Shown here: positions 29,401-39,851 of the stretch, in pieces
Layout: the number at the start of each line of letters is the position of its first letter
How positions within the stretch are numbered: the first letter of the stretch is position 1
Virus record (IMG/VR): IMGVR_UViG_3300002552_000444
Coordinates: 1-64,000 of that record
Strand: one strand, 5' to 3'
From: a virus
Lineage: Duplodnaviria > Caudoviricetes
Length of the DNA: 64,000 nucleotides
Notes under the pieces: generated by a model
What the model was told of the DNA's origin: nothing
What the model saw: only the letters and a program-made list of their open reading frames with translations
Databases searched by the model: none
Position numbers and translations under genes: made by a program

Positions 29401-32400
29401 ATTGACCGCTGAGTCATAGAGTGATGTCATATTTGAAATTGTGCTGATAACTGACTGCCCATTTGCGAATTGAGCAGTTGTTGAGTTTGGATTTAGAGAC
29501 CAGCCAAGGAATGTCCAACCTGTCAACTCAAATGCATTCGCTGTCAAATTTCTTGCTGTTCCAAATGTGTGATAAGCATGAATTGTTGTTCTTTCAACTT
29601 GATTGCTTGCATTTGACGGTCTGTTTGGTGTAAATTCGACACGATATTGGTTTGGGGTGAATTGTGCTGTTAGATAAATGTTGCCAATTGTGTTAATTGC
29701 TACTTGCGTTACTGCGCCGCCATTTGCATTTGCAAAATACGCAAAAGTGTGCCCTCTCTTAATTGATGGGATTAATTCAAAAGTTTGGCAAGTGACATAA
29801 AAATATGTTCTATTGCCGATATCTATTCCATAAGCGCCATTGTCGATAACAAGGAAAAATCTAATAGGAGTAAATCTAGCAGTTAGGGTGATATTTCCGA
29901 TTGTTCCAAGTTCAATATGCGTTATTCTGATGTTATCGCTATTGAACCAACCATCAAATATGTGACCTCGTTTTGATGATGGGTTAAGCACAAATGTTGC
30001 GGTTAGGACTGTGAAAGTAGTTGGGTTGTCAACATGATATCCATGGTTTGGATCGAGTGTTATCGTGTAGACAATTGGTGTGAATCGAGCTGTCAAATAA
30101 ATATTTCCGATTGTGTTAGTTGAAACCCTAACCATGAGATTTCCATCATTATCAAACCAACCGTCAAAGGTATGCCCTCTTTTTGTTGCTTGATTAAAAT
30201 AGAATGTTGGAGTTAAGACTGTGAATTCCGTTATGTTTTGAACATCATCACCACCATTTGGATTGAATGTTATTGTGTAGACAATTGGAGTGAACCTAGC
30301 AGTCAATACAATATTACCGATTGTTCCAATTTCAATTTGAGTTATTCTGATGTTGTCGCTATCAAACCATCCGTCAAAAGTGTGACCTCGCTTTAATGAT
30401 GGATTAAGAGTGAATGTTGGAGTTAGGACTGTGAAAGTAGTTGGGTGGCTGACAGGATTGCCACCATTTAAAATCAAATCAATGCTGTAGGTGATTACAA
30501 GGAAATATGCGCGAACTGTTATGTTCCCTGCTGTTCCTTGTGCAACTCTTTCAATTCTCGCACCACGGCTTCCGTTTTCTAGAACAATAAACCAACCTTC
30601 AAAATCATGCCCTCGTTTGGTATTATAAGTGAAATCAAAATCTGGAGTATAGATATTGAACTCAATCTCGTTAAAGTCTATTTCTCCGCCACCATTTACG
30701 AATATGACAGTATAAGTGTTCAAGCTCCATTGTGCTGTCAAATATACATCATGAGTTGTATTATATTCAATTTGTGTCACCAGCTCATCTTGTTCATTAA
30801 ACCAGCCTAAGAAGGTGTAACCATGTCTTGTTGCGTCGAGAAGAACAATGTTAGAATAAACATTGAAGCCGAAAGGATTTTGAGGATGATTTGTTCCCCC
30901 ATTTAGATTGTAGGCAATGCTAAATCCTAGTAAGTCCCATCTTGCATGAAGTGATATGTTTCCAGTTGTTCCCAAAGTAATTGAGTTGATTGGCAAGGTC
31001 AAATCTGCATCTTGATACCATCCCATGAATGTATAACCAAGTCTGTGAGCTGGATAGAAAACGACCACATCATCAATCGTGAACGCTGATGGATTATTTA
31101 TGTGATTTGTTCCGCCATTTAGGTTATAGGTAATTGAAAAAATTATCGCTTCCCAGTTTGCTGTAAAAGTGCGATTGCCATGACTTCCTTGCTCTATTGT
31201 GCTTGACGGAGTCCAGCCAATGAAATTGAACCCATATCTTGTTGGATTTTGAAGATTGATGGTTGGAGATTCAATCGTGAATGTTGATGGGTTTTGAGCG
31301 TGATTTATGCCACCATTTAGATTAAAAGAAATTGAATATGTAACCGCAGTCCAATTCGCCGTAAATGTTCTGTTTCCTGTTGAACCTGTTGCAATATAAT
31401 TGCTTGGTGTCCATCCTGCAAAAATGAAATGCTCTCTAGTCGGATTTGCTAATTCAATTCTAGGACTTTCAATCGTAAATGAGTTTGGATTGCTTGCATG
31501 GTTTGTTCCGCCGTTGAGGTTATAGGTAATTGAAAAAATTATCGCTTCCCAATTCGCTGTGAAAGTGCGATTTCCAATGCTCCCTTGTTGTATTGTGCTT
31601 GTCGGAGTCCAACCAATGAAATTGAACCCATATTTTGTTGGATTTTGAAGATTGATAGTTGGCGTTTCAATCGTAAATGTTGATGGATTTTGAGCGTGAT
31701 TTGTTCCGCCATTTAGATTAAAAGTGATTGAATATGTTATTGCAGTCCAATTCGCTGTGAATACTCTGTTGCCTGTTGAGCCACTTTCAATGACGCTTGA
31801 TGGTGTCCAACCCGCAAAATGAAAACCTATTCTTGATGGGTCAAGCAATATTATTCTTGAACTCTCAATCGTGAATGCTGTTGGATTACTTGGATGATTT
31901 TCGCCGCCTTGCAAATTGTAAGTAATGCTAAAGCTTGTTGCCACCCAATTCGCAACAAAGTTTTGTGTTCCTGTTGTTCCAACTTGAATTTGACCGCCAT
32001 TTGACCAACCTGTAAAAGTGTATCCATATCTTGTCGGAGCATAGAGCGTAACACTTGATTCAACATTAAAATATGTAGGATTGTTCGGGTGATTAGTTCC
32101 GCCGTTAAGGTGATAAATTATGTTAAAGCGCTCCAACACCCATCTAGCATAAACGCGCCTATCATTATTCAAAACTCTTACTTCTTCAACTCTATTTTCA
32201 AAAGTTGGTTCGCTATACCATCCTAAAAACTCTAGCCCTGACTCAGCTAATTGCGGAGAATCTACGACAAGGGACGCTGGGCCTCTTTGAGTTAAAATCT
32301 CATTTCCTCTGTCTAAAAATGTCACAGTTGAAACTTTTTTTCCTTCTGGCCAAACATAATAATTTGTCAAAGTTGGTTGCGTTCCATTGGTTAAAATATT

Positions 32401-33285
32401 CGATCTAAAAACAACCCCTGAAAAGCCTGACTCTACCGATGGATTAATAAAATGATTTGAACCTTCTTGAATATTAATTGCAACTAAATGAGGACTGTCA
32501 CAAAATGCTCCTCTAGACACCATACCCCAGAAAGATGTTCTTGTTGCTATATGGTTGACTGAGCGAGGCAAGTCAATTGATTTCAAGTTTGGTAAATTTG
32601 AAAATGCCCCACTCTCAATTCTTGCTAAATTTGATGCCCCAGAAAAAATAACAGAATTTAAATTTCTTGAATTTAAAAATGCATTACTCTGAATATTGAC
32701 AATAGTTTCTGGCAAGAATATAGCTCCAAATGGAGAGCCCTCAAAAGCTTCCACTCCAATCTCGCGTATCGTCACATTATCTGCCGCTGTTGTTGGAATT
32801 ACTAAAATCGCATTATCAGCATTTGGAGCATTAAAACCCGTCACAACACCATGATTATTAACATTAATAAAATTTGCTGTTTGAATGCGCGCTAACGCTT
32901 CAAGAATAAATCCTTCGTGACTAATTATAATATCTTGGCTTGTTAGAATATAGCGACTTCCTGTTGGAGTTAAAAACTCTTCAGCCTCAACAACGAAATG
33001 CATTCCGCTTGACATCTCTGCGATTTCGATCATGTCATATGTGACATCGACCCTGACTTCAGTTCCATCAGAAAAAGTCACCAATAAAACAGCACCTTCT
33101 AAAACAGGATTAAGTCCGTCAACCTGTGAAAGTCTAATACCATCTTCGCTATCTTCTAGTCTAATTGAAACAATTTGCGAAAAATCTATATCCTCGCCAT
33201 CACACGCTGACATCATAAAAAACGCTGTTAACGCAAGCGCTAACATAACAATTATTATTAAACTTTTTTTAATTATTTTAATCAT
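26485..33285 (-). CDS. giant surface lipoprotein: BspA-type LRR, many InlB-B (Flg_new) repeats, Gly-rich C-terminus
   Basis: MSAC lipobox; I...AF.....L..I.LP LRRs; repeated ITYNLNGG...P...GY.F.GW...TL.A.W units; GGNGG-rich tail. Confidence 0.88.
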   Translation of the reverse strand: MIKIIKKSLIIIVMLALALTAFFMMSACDGEDIDFSQIVSIRLEDSEDGIRLSQVDGLNPVLEGAVLLVTFSDGTEVRVDVTYDMIEIAEMSSGMHFVVEAEEFLTPTGSRYILTSQDIIISHEGFILEALARIQTANFINVNNHGVVTGFNAPNADNAILVIPTTAADNVTIREIGVEAFEGSPFGAIFLPETIVNIQSNAFLNSRNLNSVIFSGASNLARIESGAFSNLPNLKSIDLPRSVNHIATRTSFWGMVSRGAFCDSPHLVAINIQEGSNHFINPSVESGFSGVVFRSNILTNGTQPTLTNYYVWPEGKKVSTVTFLDRGNEILTQRGPASLVVDSPQLAESGLEFLGWYSEPTFENRVEEVRVLNNDRRVYARWVLERFNIIYHLNGGTNHPNNPTYFNVESSVTLYAPTRYGYTFTGWSNGGQIQVGTTGTQNFVANWVATSFSITYNLQGGENHPSNPTAFTIESSRIILLDPSRIGFHFAGWTPSSVIESGSTGNRVFTANWTAITYSITFNLNGGTNHAQNPSTFTIETPTINLQNPTKYGFNFIGWTPTSTIQQGSIGNRTFTANWEAIIFSITYNLNGGTNHASNPNSFTIESPRIELANPTREHFIFAGWTPSNYIATGSTGNRTFTANWTAVTYSISFNLNGGINHAQNPSTFTIESPTINLQNPTRYGFNFIGWTPSSTIEQGSHGNRTFTANWEAIIFSITYNLNGGTNHINNPSAFTIDDVVVFYPAHRLGYTFMGWYQDADLTLPINSITLGTTGNISLHARWDLLGFSIAYNLNGGTNHPQNPFGFNVYSNIVLLDATRHGYTFLGWFNEQDELVTQIEYNTTHDVYLTAQWSLNTYTVIFVNGGGEIDFNEIEFNIYTPDFDFTYNTKRGHDFEGWFIVLENGSRGARIERVAQGTAGNITVRAYFLVITYSIDLILNGGNPVSHPTTFTVLTPTFTLNPSLKRGHTFDGWFDSDNIRITQIEIGTIGNIVLTARFTPIVYTITFNPNGGDDVQNITEFTVLTPTFYFNQATKRGHTFDGWFDNDGNLMVRVSTNTIGNIYLTARFTPIVYTITLDPNHGYHVDNPTTFTVLTATFVLNPSSKRGHIFDGWFNSDNIRITHIELGTIGNITLTARFTPIRFFLVIDNGAYGIDIGNRTYFYVTCQTFELIPSIKRGHTFAYFANANGGAVTQVAINTIGNIYLTAQFTPNQYRVEFTPNRPSNASNQVERTTIHAYHTFGTARNLTANAFELTGWTFLGWSLNPNSTTAQFANGQSVISTISNMTSLYDSAVNGAVTLFAIWRANTFTIIYDANGGTGTMTNTTHTFDAVGDDIVSLRINSFTKTGHTFAGWAIMRGGDAYFEDGCNPANHNYTNETQITLFAVWTPIRYYIEFVGNGHDRGATQRVQPAFNSFITYLTENKFERDGHIFLGWALSSNGVVVFTDRALVDRNLASTQNVVVRLYARWQAITYTIVLDRNNGWGGSASLTVAFGTSNFRNGAVIGTAPTRDGFTFLGYFKDGVQYINASMQGVRGWTTPSNGTLVAEWRIINYRITYVTSLINGFNPIASNDPRNPIYFTIEDYVILFAPIMNAGFSFAGWSSTDVTIRQDAIQIDNRNVVIWRVPQRTWRNIQVRAAATANPYTITLDASGGQFAQNIYERTVSIRFADAIPNLPLPSLTGNYFLGWFYNCSTCGRQIQYTGEDGIRINRVNCEGLTTNRWTTPANKRLFARWSPRTFRATLDRDGGVGGCSVFYIIFGTHQSIDSAGEPVILTAPSKTGYDFAGFYTQRNTDRVNMGIGAGTRILDANMMVSAAWVTPNNATLFARWIRVRYTVTFASNGTVSMAETTRIVFHGANNNFQAPSVGHEFYEQLGNWYFNGTMNATTRVNFNNFVPLTYATNRNLRNITITRNVITPSETTTITNQTIRYQRALVDFRSLVNASTVARTFTIANTVNEVTFRGRENLANPHSNIRIVVSSRTTPLTIFFQDFRFSAPAQQIGLDAQNAPNLTIRFRGENSIAGGVGQNNTAHGANGANASANYRAANGADGVNRGGNFIAGSINGGHGGNGTAGASGFVGRVGQAGGAGSVALRHNNVTFYRHTDRCILSLTGGAGGSGSNGGNGGNGQHGGNGGHGGNGGWTTYLFWTNWGNGGNGGNGGRGGNGGNGGRGGAGGAGGAGRLGNSAVNCYKVSINQGATGAEGRQGAQGRRGEGGAGGVGGVHGIDAGNTILAVLTNPLALLEMTNIRRATDGAAGQPGLGLQV
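28600..32300 (-). repeat. intragenic InlB-B repeat array with two-domain periodicity
   Basis: Near-identical tracts 396 bp apart (31131 vs 31527) and 420 bp apart (29921 vs 30341). Confidence 0.85.
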
Positions 33286-33314
33286 TTTTTGTCTCCTCTT
33301 TTTTTGCCCTTTAG

Positions 33315-36300
33315 TTAGTTAAAACTTATTTGTCTATATCTGCAAAAAATAACTGACCTGTTTTCATAGTTTTCAACTGTTCCATCATTTCTTCCAACTA
33401 TTCCAGCAACACCTCTCTCAATATCAAAATAAAGTGTTGTAAGTGTAAAGTTATTTATTGCTCCGCTAATAGTCCCGCTATTGTGACCAGCTATACCGCC
33501 AGTGTAACCCTCTGAGTTTAAGAACGCACTTACTCTTGCATTTGTAATGTAACCACTATTGTAACCCACTAAAATTCCTGTTGAACTGTTTTGAGCAAAC
33601 ACTCTAAAGAGATTTTGTATTCCAACATTAATCATTACATTATCAATAAATCCGTAATTTCTTGCGACCAATGCTCCGACATAAACTCTCATTCCTTGCG
33701 GCACTAAGTCAATTCTAATGTCTACATCGAAAATATTCAAATTCATGATTACTCCATGATTTTCTTCAAAAACACCAACATTACCGCGCTCTGAAACATC
33801 TCTAACGATGAAGTTTCTAAGACTGAAACCTGCCCCATCAAGGATACCTAGAAACAATGGAATCATCTCTAATTCTTCGCCCTCAAAATCAATGTCGTTT
33901 GCTAGGACAAAATATCCTCCGATGTTATTCCTTATGTCATAGAAATCTGCAACAGTCCTTATGATAGCAGGTATATAGATCAAAATTGCATCACTTATTT
34001 GTCCATCACTCATTGCGACAACCGAAGCATTCAATCCTCTTCTAATTATAGCGTTTTCTCTGATGGTTATTATGTTGTCATTTAAAACAAGATGTTGCTG
34101 CCCAATTGCACAAAGAACAAAAACAACAGACTGTGAACCATCTCCCCCAACAAGAGAATAACCTAAAATTAACGCTCCGTTTGGATTTAAAATATAAAAA
34201 TCCAACGGCTCTATGAACTGTGCGCCATGACTCAAATTGTGATTGACATTTATATCTACCGTCTGCACTCTATTTGATATTCTTATATTATACACTTTTG
34301 AATTAACCCCGTCAACTGTTGCTTCAATAGAAATAACAGTTCCTACAAGCATTGAATTATTATTTATTGTTAAATAACCAGTGCTTGTTAATGTTGCCCA
34401 ATTTGCAAAATGCGGCTCTCTAAATCGGAATGAAATTTCTTTGTTAGTAAAAGGTGCTGCTGTCGCGCTGAGTTGCACCGACTGTCCTATGTTTATAATG
34501 TTTGGAACATTTGTAATTTGAACACTCTGAACTGTCCTTTCAACTGTGATTGTGAAACTATTGATTTCAAATCTTTGATTTCCTATAAAGAAATGCCCAT
34601 AAACTTCTACGATGCTGCCTACTTCTGCTAATGGATCAATCAGCACACTTACGCTGTAAGTCACATGAACTAATGGCGGCGCACTCATTCGGCTTGATAC
34701 GAATATCTGAGCTGGCCCGTTAACAAAGAATTCAAACTTATTTGGAGCGTATGCTCTAAGGTCGGCGTTTGTATTAACTAAATCAATGCTTATTCTTTCA
34801 GTTGCTTTTAGTGTCGCATAGTTTCTGTTATCATATAGAAGGTAAAAATCTCTTGGAGGTATAACAATTTGAATGTTCATCATTGCCAAAGGAACAGCAC
34901 CAACTCCATCATCGCTTGCAAATATTCCTAGCATTGTTGTTGAAGTTATACTAAAATCATTCGATATAATTGTTGCAACAGTCAGAACCCCATTCGATGT
35001 TACTGTCGCAACAGATGTCGGAACTTGAAGAACTCCACCGCCAGCTAATTGTATCAAATCAAATCTAAATGCGCCTTCTAGTGCAATTGCATTTCCATTT
35101 TCATCATTAAATACAATTTGATGCGTTCTTCCCGCTATGACATATGCAGTCCCAATTTGACCATCGACGCTTAGAAAACTGTTTGTATGGTTTGCAACTG
35201 AAATACTAATTGTGTTGTAAATTGTGCTATTTGCAACACTTACTGCTCTGACAATAATTTGAGAATTGTTTGGAGTTGTTGGAAGTGTTAATAATTGACC
35301 TGTTGTTTGGTTAACTTGTCCAAACGAATCTCCAGATATAATTTCAAACATTATATTTTGATTACTTGCATCTGAATTCGTATGCGCTGTAAGCATAATG
35401 CTTGTGCCTGCTCGAACTTGAATTTGAGGAAAACTAAGAGCAAACTCAACAAACAAAACAGGACGCTCTATTATTTCAAATTCTATTTCATTACTAACAA
35501 CCCCATCCGCAATAGCGACGACTGAGATGGTTTCGCCACCTCTGGCTCCATACCCTATTCTCAACTCACCTGTGAATGAATTGATGCTTGCATAATTATG
35601 ACCACTAGAAATAGCAAATCTTAATGAATTAGCAAAAGTTGCGTATATTGGACTAATTATCGCATTCAAATTAATAATGTCACCTAACTCAACTACATTG
35701 TTAGTTGAAGCAACTCCATTAATACTATCAACCGAAATTGTGACATTTGTCACAGGAATTCTTGTCACGACAAAATCAAGAATATTGCTTCGCAATCCAT
35801 CAATAATTGCAACAACTCTCACAATATCACCATAACTCGCATCTAAAGATATATTAATTATTGCATTAGCATCATTTGTTTGCGTCAGTGTTGTTATCTC
35901 TGCACCTTGCAAAACAATAAACAATGCCTCAGTTATGCTAGGGGTTATCCCATCTTCTCCTGTTATTAGTGCATCGATATTTCTTGATTGACCCGGCAAC
36001 ACCTCTAGGTTTGTGGTTGAAATTTCAATATCTTGAACTACTCTTTTTAATACTGTTATGAAGAAATACTCAAAAGAACTTCCTATCCCTGTTCTTATGG
36101 TTATTTGCGAACCAACAGGAGCATTATCGTTTATTAGGACTTGAGTGCTTAGTGTTTCATTAAATAATTGTGCTAAATTTCTTGATAATGATATTGCTTG
36201 AGGTTCTAGAATTTGAGCATACCCCATTACTACTTCTACTGATTCAAAACCACTTCTTGTTGTAAATGCAGGGAAAACTGTTGCACTGTTAATAGCAAAA

Positions 36301-39056
36301 TCAATCACATCTCCCGCCTGAGCAGTGTTTTGTTGTGCAACGACTCCATCAACGACAACCCCAACTTCAAACGAAACAACGGGGATTTCCGTTATGATTA
36401 TTCTCTGAGTTGTCGTGCTAGTAACATTCATATCTGACCATTGTCCAGTGTATCCAACACTTCTTGCAGATATAGTTATTTCTCGTCCAACAAGCGAATG
36501 ATCTTTTCTTATCCTAAATTCAAGATGAGTCGTTCCGTTCAGCCAAAAAGTACGATAACTCATGATATATGGTGCTGATGCTCCAAAATCAAATTCAAGT
36601 TCTCTAAAAGATGCGTTCAATGGATAGATTCTTGGAGACACTCTTACTAATCGCCCTATTTGAAAATCGAGCATTCCATATTCCATCATTTCACGAGGTG
36701 AAAATTCTACTATCTCATCTTGTGTCAAATCAAAAACATTAGCAAAATTTGGGTCTACTGTTTCAGGAGAAAATCCTAGAGTCAAGGACTGTATTGCAAT
36801 CGGCGCTAAGGTCACTGACAAACTTGTTCTTGCTCTCAAATTTCCAAGCTCAAATACAAACCACCCAGCGGTTGAAGGACTTTCTAATATTCTAAGGTTA
36901 ACATTTATTGTGGTATTAATCGTTTCAATGTGTGGATTTGTTAGATGAACCATTTGTGTTTGATTATTTATAATTACATTATTATGATTAACTTCAAATC
37001 TCAGTCTATAGTCATCTGGTCGTAGCAATATTTGTTCTTTATCTCCAGTCAAAATACACATTGAATTAAGCCAAAAATTAGGGAGAGATACGCCCGTATC
37101 TCTTTCAAGTATTATTGAATCGCCTACTGCCTCTAATGTTACAAATCTTGTATAGCCAACTCTCAAAATAGGCCATCTAACCTCAAGCAAATCCACTCTA
37201 GCGCGCCAAATGAAAATCCTTCCGACAAGTGAAACTTGTGCGTAAATCCCTAACTCAAAGTATGCTGCACCATGAACTCCCTCACCACTAATGTCTAATA
37301 AGTTCGGGATGTAGAACACTCCTGCTATTCGTGCATATAACCCTACCTCGATCTCCAGTCCAACCTCTACTAAGAGCAACAAACTAAAATGCACCCCAAG
37401 AGATAGACCAACCCTTGCCTCAATGTATCCCTCAATTCTTATAGAGGGAGGAATAAATTCTGTTGTTCTGTTTGTTAAAACTCGTCTTGTTCCATTTATC
37501 TCAACTGAACGAGTTTCATCTGCAACTCTTAATCCCAATGTTGCCTCAATCGAAGCTCTTGAGACAATAGTTAGTCTCACCTCTAAAGCAATTCTTATAA
37601 CAAGACCCGTTTTTCCAACAGGCTTTGGTTTGTTTAAAATTCTAATAGCACCCTTACCTGTTTCTTGACTCATTGCATTTTCAAGTGTGCTTTTCAATCG
37701 GGAAATATCATCATCCCCTTCGGGAGACCATGCTCCACCTCCCCACCGATGTGAAATGCTAACACCAATCGTAATTGTATAAATTGTTTCAGTTCTTGTC
37801 GCTGGCTCAAAAACTTCGTCATTAGTGCTTGCTTGAACACCAACATTACTTCTCCATCTGATTTGTGGCTTTATGTAAGCAGTAACAGTAAAAGGTATTC
37901 CTCTAATATTTACTTGCTTTGACCATGTGACAGTTGCTTGAATGTGCCAATCTCCATTTTGGAATCTAGCTCCAAAGTTTATTGTTGGTCTATTGCTGTT
38001 AAAGAGTCTTGCTGTTATTCCCACGACTGGCTCACTGTTTGCAATATTATAATAAATATCGTCATGCAATTCGTCCATATCAAGCATATCATCATCTATG
38101 TCAAATGTCATATTCATTTCCAACTCTTCATAGACTTCATTTAAATATGGGATTTGGACTGACAAAATATCTCCTTGAATTCCCATAATTCTATAAGCAA
38201 AAGAAATAACGACACCTTCCATCATAACATCAACAATATAAATTCCTCCAATGGAAAATTTGCTCGGATCATCAACTTGTATTCTATATTGACCGAGATA
38301 TATCGCAACCATATCCTCAATAATTACTACATTATTTCTTAGAATTGAATGATAGAATTCTTCTTGTTCAACGCTGAAAATTAGTTCATCTTGATCTTTA
38401 AAGCACTCTTCAGCGAACCTAGCATTAGTTAAATTGATTGCATATGTTCTTCCTTCCGAATAACCACCAGCAGGTGGCAAAATTCTAAACGATCCATTTT
38501 GTCCCTCAACTCTAATATCTTGCGGCTCACCTCTAAAGCTGTTGACAATAACAAAATTATTCAAGTTTTCATTTGTTATATTTTGAGTTGAGCTTATATC
38601 AAAAGCAAAGAATGGGTCAACACTAGAAATAAATTCATTAAAATGCTGGACTCTTTGAATTCCTTGATCTGGCGGTCCATTTTCATATCCATCATTGTTA
38701 GGTAAAAAATAAAACAACAAACCAAAAGATAGCCCCACTATTAAAACTAGCGACGCAACAGCACCAAATTTTTTATTAAACCACGCCAAGCGAGATCTCT
38801 TTTTCGTAGGTTTGTTGTGGCAAGGCTTTCTAGAATTACTATCTGTTTGAGACCAATCTTTGTCATTCGTCATTTTAACAGGCGCAGTAGTTGAAAGAGT
38901 TTCCGAATTAACTTTCTCTTTCTCCACCTGCTCCTTTTCTAGTCTAGCAGTTTCTTTTGCTCTCTCCATAATTTGCTGAATCTTCTCACTTGAAAATTCC
39001 GCATTATTTTTATCAAAAACCTTATTGATTTTTTCTTTAAATTCTCTCTCGTCCAT
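33315..39056 (-). CDS. giant single-pass membrane protein: anti-sigma-like N-terminus, Ig-like repeats, GLUG-like C-terminus
   Basis: GGAGG before MDEREF; charged N-terminus, TM (FGAVASLVLIVGLSFGLLFYFL), repeated PV..V.I...G..I.L.A.I.P units, LANDIDF...LDGAGF...GGIAGHNSGTI. Confidence 0.75.
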   Translation of the reverse strand: MDEREFKEKINKVFDKNNAEFSSEKIQQIMERAKETARLEKEQVEKEKVNSETLSTTAPVKMTNDKDWSQTDSNSRKPCHNKPTKKRSRLAWFNKKFGAVASLVLIVGLSFGLLFYFLPNNDGYENGPPDQGIQRVQHFNEFISSVDPFFAFDISSTQNITNENLNNFVIVNSFRGEPQDIRVEGQNGSFRILPPAGGYSEGRTYAINLTNARFAEECFKDQDELIFSVEQEEFYHSILRNNVVIIEDMVAIYLGQYRIQVDDPSKFSIGGIYIVDVMMEGVVISFAYRIMGIQGDILSVQIPYLNEVYEELEMNMTFDIDDDMLDMDELHDDIYYNIANSEPVVGITARLFNSNRPTINFGARFQNGDWHIQATVTWSKQVNIRGIPFTVTAYIKPQIRWRSNVGVQASTNDEVFEPATRTETIYTITIGVSISHRWGGGAWSPEGDDDISRLKSTLENAMSQETGKGAIRILNKPKPVGKTGLVIRIALEVRLTIVSRASIEATLGLRVADETRSVEINGTRRVLTNRTTEFIPPSIRIEGYIEARVGLSLGVHFSLLLLVEVGLEIEVGLYARIAGVFYIPNLLDISGEGVHGAAYFELGIYAQVSLVGRIFIWRARVDLLEVRWPILRVGYTRFVTLEAVGDSIILERDTGVSLPNFWLNSMCILTGDKEQILLRPDDYRLRFEVNHNNVIINNQTQMVHLTNPHIETINTTINVNLRILESPSTAGWFVFELGNLRARTSLSVTLAPIAIQSLTLGFSPETVDPNFANVFDLTQDEIVEFSPREMMEYGMLDFQIGRLVRVSPRIYPLNASFRELEFDFGASAPYIMSYRTFWLNGTTHLEFRIRKDHSLVGREITISARSVGYTGQWSDMNVTSTTTQRIIITEIPVVSFEVGVVVDGVVAQQNTAQAGDVIDFAINSATVFPAFTTRSGFESVEVVMGYAQILEPQAISLSRNLAQLFNETLSTQVLINDNAPVGSQITIRTGIGSSFEYFFITVLKRVVQDIEISTTNLEVLPGQSRNIDALITGEDGITPSITEALFIVLQGAEITTLTQTNDANAIINISLDASYGDIVRVVAIIDGLRSNILDFVVTRIPVTNVTISVDSINGVASTNNVVELGDIINLNAIISPIYATFANSLRFAISSGHNYASINSFTGELRIGYGARGGETISVVAIADGVVSNEIEFEIIERPVLFVEFALSFPQIQVRAGTSIMLTAHTNSDASNQNIMFEIISGDSFGQVNQTTGQLLTLPTTPNNSQIIVRAVSVANSTIYNTISISVANHTNSFLSVDGQIGTAYVIAGRTHQIVFNDENGNAIALEGAFRFDLIQLAGGGVLQVPTSVATVTSNGVLTVATIISNDFSITSTTMLGIFASDDGVGAVPLAMMNIQIVIPPRDFYLLYDNRNYATLKATERISIDLVNTNADLRAYAPNKFEFFVNGPAQIFVSSRMSAPPLVHVTYSVSVLIDPLAEVGSIVEVYGHFFIGNQRFEINSFTITVERTVQSVQITNVPNIINIGQSVQLSATAAPFTNKEISFRFREPHFANWATLTSTGYLTINNNSMLVGTVISIEATVDGVNSKVYNIRISNRVQTVDINVNHNLSHGAQFIEPLDFYILNPNGALILGYSLVGGDGSQSVVFVLCAIGQQHLVLNDNIITIRENAIIRRGLNASVVAMSDGQISDAILIYIPAIIRTVADFYDIRNNIGGYFVLANDIDFEGEELEMIPLFLGILDGAGFSLRNFIVRDVSERGNVGVFEENHGVIMNLNIFDVDIRIDLVPQGMRVYVGALVARNYGFIDNVMINVGIQNLFRVFAQNSSTGILVGYNSGYITNARVSAFLNSEGYTGGIAGHNSGTISGAINNFTLTTLYFDIERGVAGIVGRNDGTVENYENRSVIFCRYRQISFN

Positions 39057-39274
39057 TTTTAATATCTTCCTCCGCATTAAGGCTCGTTTTAAACCTTCTA
39101 TATATTATTTCGCTTGAGAGAGACAAAACGTTTAGTCTATTTTAAAGTTTTTTTAATTTTTTTAAAATTGTCATACGAAATAATCTGTTATTTTTATAAA
39201 TTAGATATAACTGAAAATTAATACACTAATGCGTTGAACTTTACTCAATCCCCAAATGCCTCTTTGGTCAGTTT

Positions 39275-39751
39275 TTAGATGTTTTTTTCTGCTATATAGC
39301 CTCTAATGTTTTGGGCTTTGTTGTAGAGGATTTCGCCTGTCTTTAGGTTTTCGATTAGTAGGACTTTTTCAAGTGCAATATCTTTTTCGGATACATACCA
39401 TGTGTTGCGATCTTCGTCTGCGTTGGCTGATATAATTAATGTTTGAGCCATGTTTTCGCTTTGGTTGTTTGCTTTAATCCATTTGTTCCACGGCTTCATA
39501 TAGCACATTCTTCTTATTGTTATTCTGTAAACCTTTTTGTCATAATCATCAACCAGATTTCCTAATCCTAAGCCTTCTGGCGAAGACGAACTTGTTAGCC
39601 AAACCACATCGTTATTAAATCCTGTGTTGCTGAGAGTTCTTTTAATCACACGCTTATCCATGATTGTGCCTATGTGAAAAAGCGAAGTGTAGTGATATAG
39701 CACTTCCACTTCCTCTAGGAAATATTTGAATTTGTCTAGCGACTCTTTCAT
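39275..39751 (-). CDS. hypothetical protein, possible ADP-ribosyltransferase-like fold
   Basis: LYHYTS...VVWLT...YRITI; leaderless promoter TTGCTT-17-TATAAT. Confidence 0.5.
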   Translation of the reverse strand: MKESLDKFKYFLEEVEVLYHYTSLFHIGTIMDKRVIKRTLSNTGFNNDVVWLTSSSSPEGLGLGNLVDDYDKKVYRITIRRMCYMKPWNKWIKANNQSENMAQTLIISANADEDRNTWYVSEKDIALEKVLLIENLKTGEILYNKAQNIRGYIAEKNI

Positions 39752-39805
39752 GCGAACATTATATCACTTTTCGCAAGCGCAAGCAACTGCAAAGTGTCGA
39801 TAAAA

Positions 39806-39851
39806 TAAAAAAAGACGAAGCGTTAACGCAGATGGTTAATGCTTCGTCTTG
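39806..39851 (-). terminator. terminator at end of virion operon
   Basis: aagacgaagcattaac-catctgc-gttaacgcttcgtctt followed by a T-tract. Confidence 0.8.

Noticed and set aside
29700-31950. Possible CRISPR array or DGR template/variable repeats
   Set aside because: Repeats are in-frame protein domains with mixed substitutions; no spacers, cas genes or reverse transcriptase in the window.
39057-39100. In-frame GLKRALMRRKILK resembling an ECF sigma C-terminal remnant before the anti-sigma-like gene
   Set aside because: Too short to distinguish from chance; it also contains the RBS.
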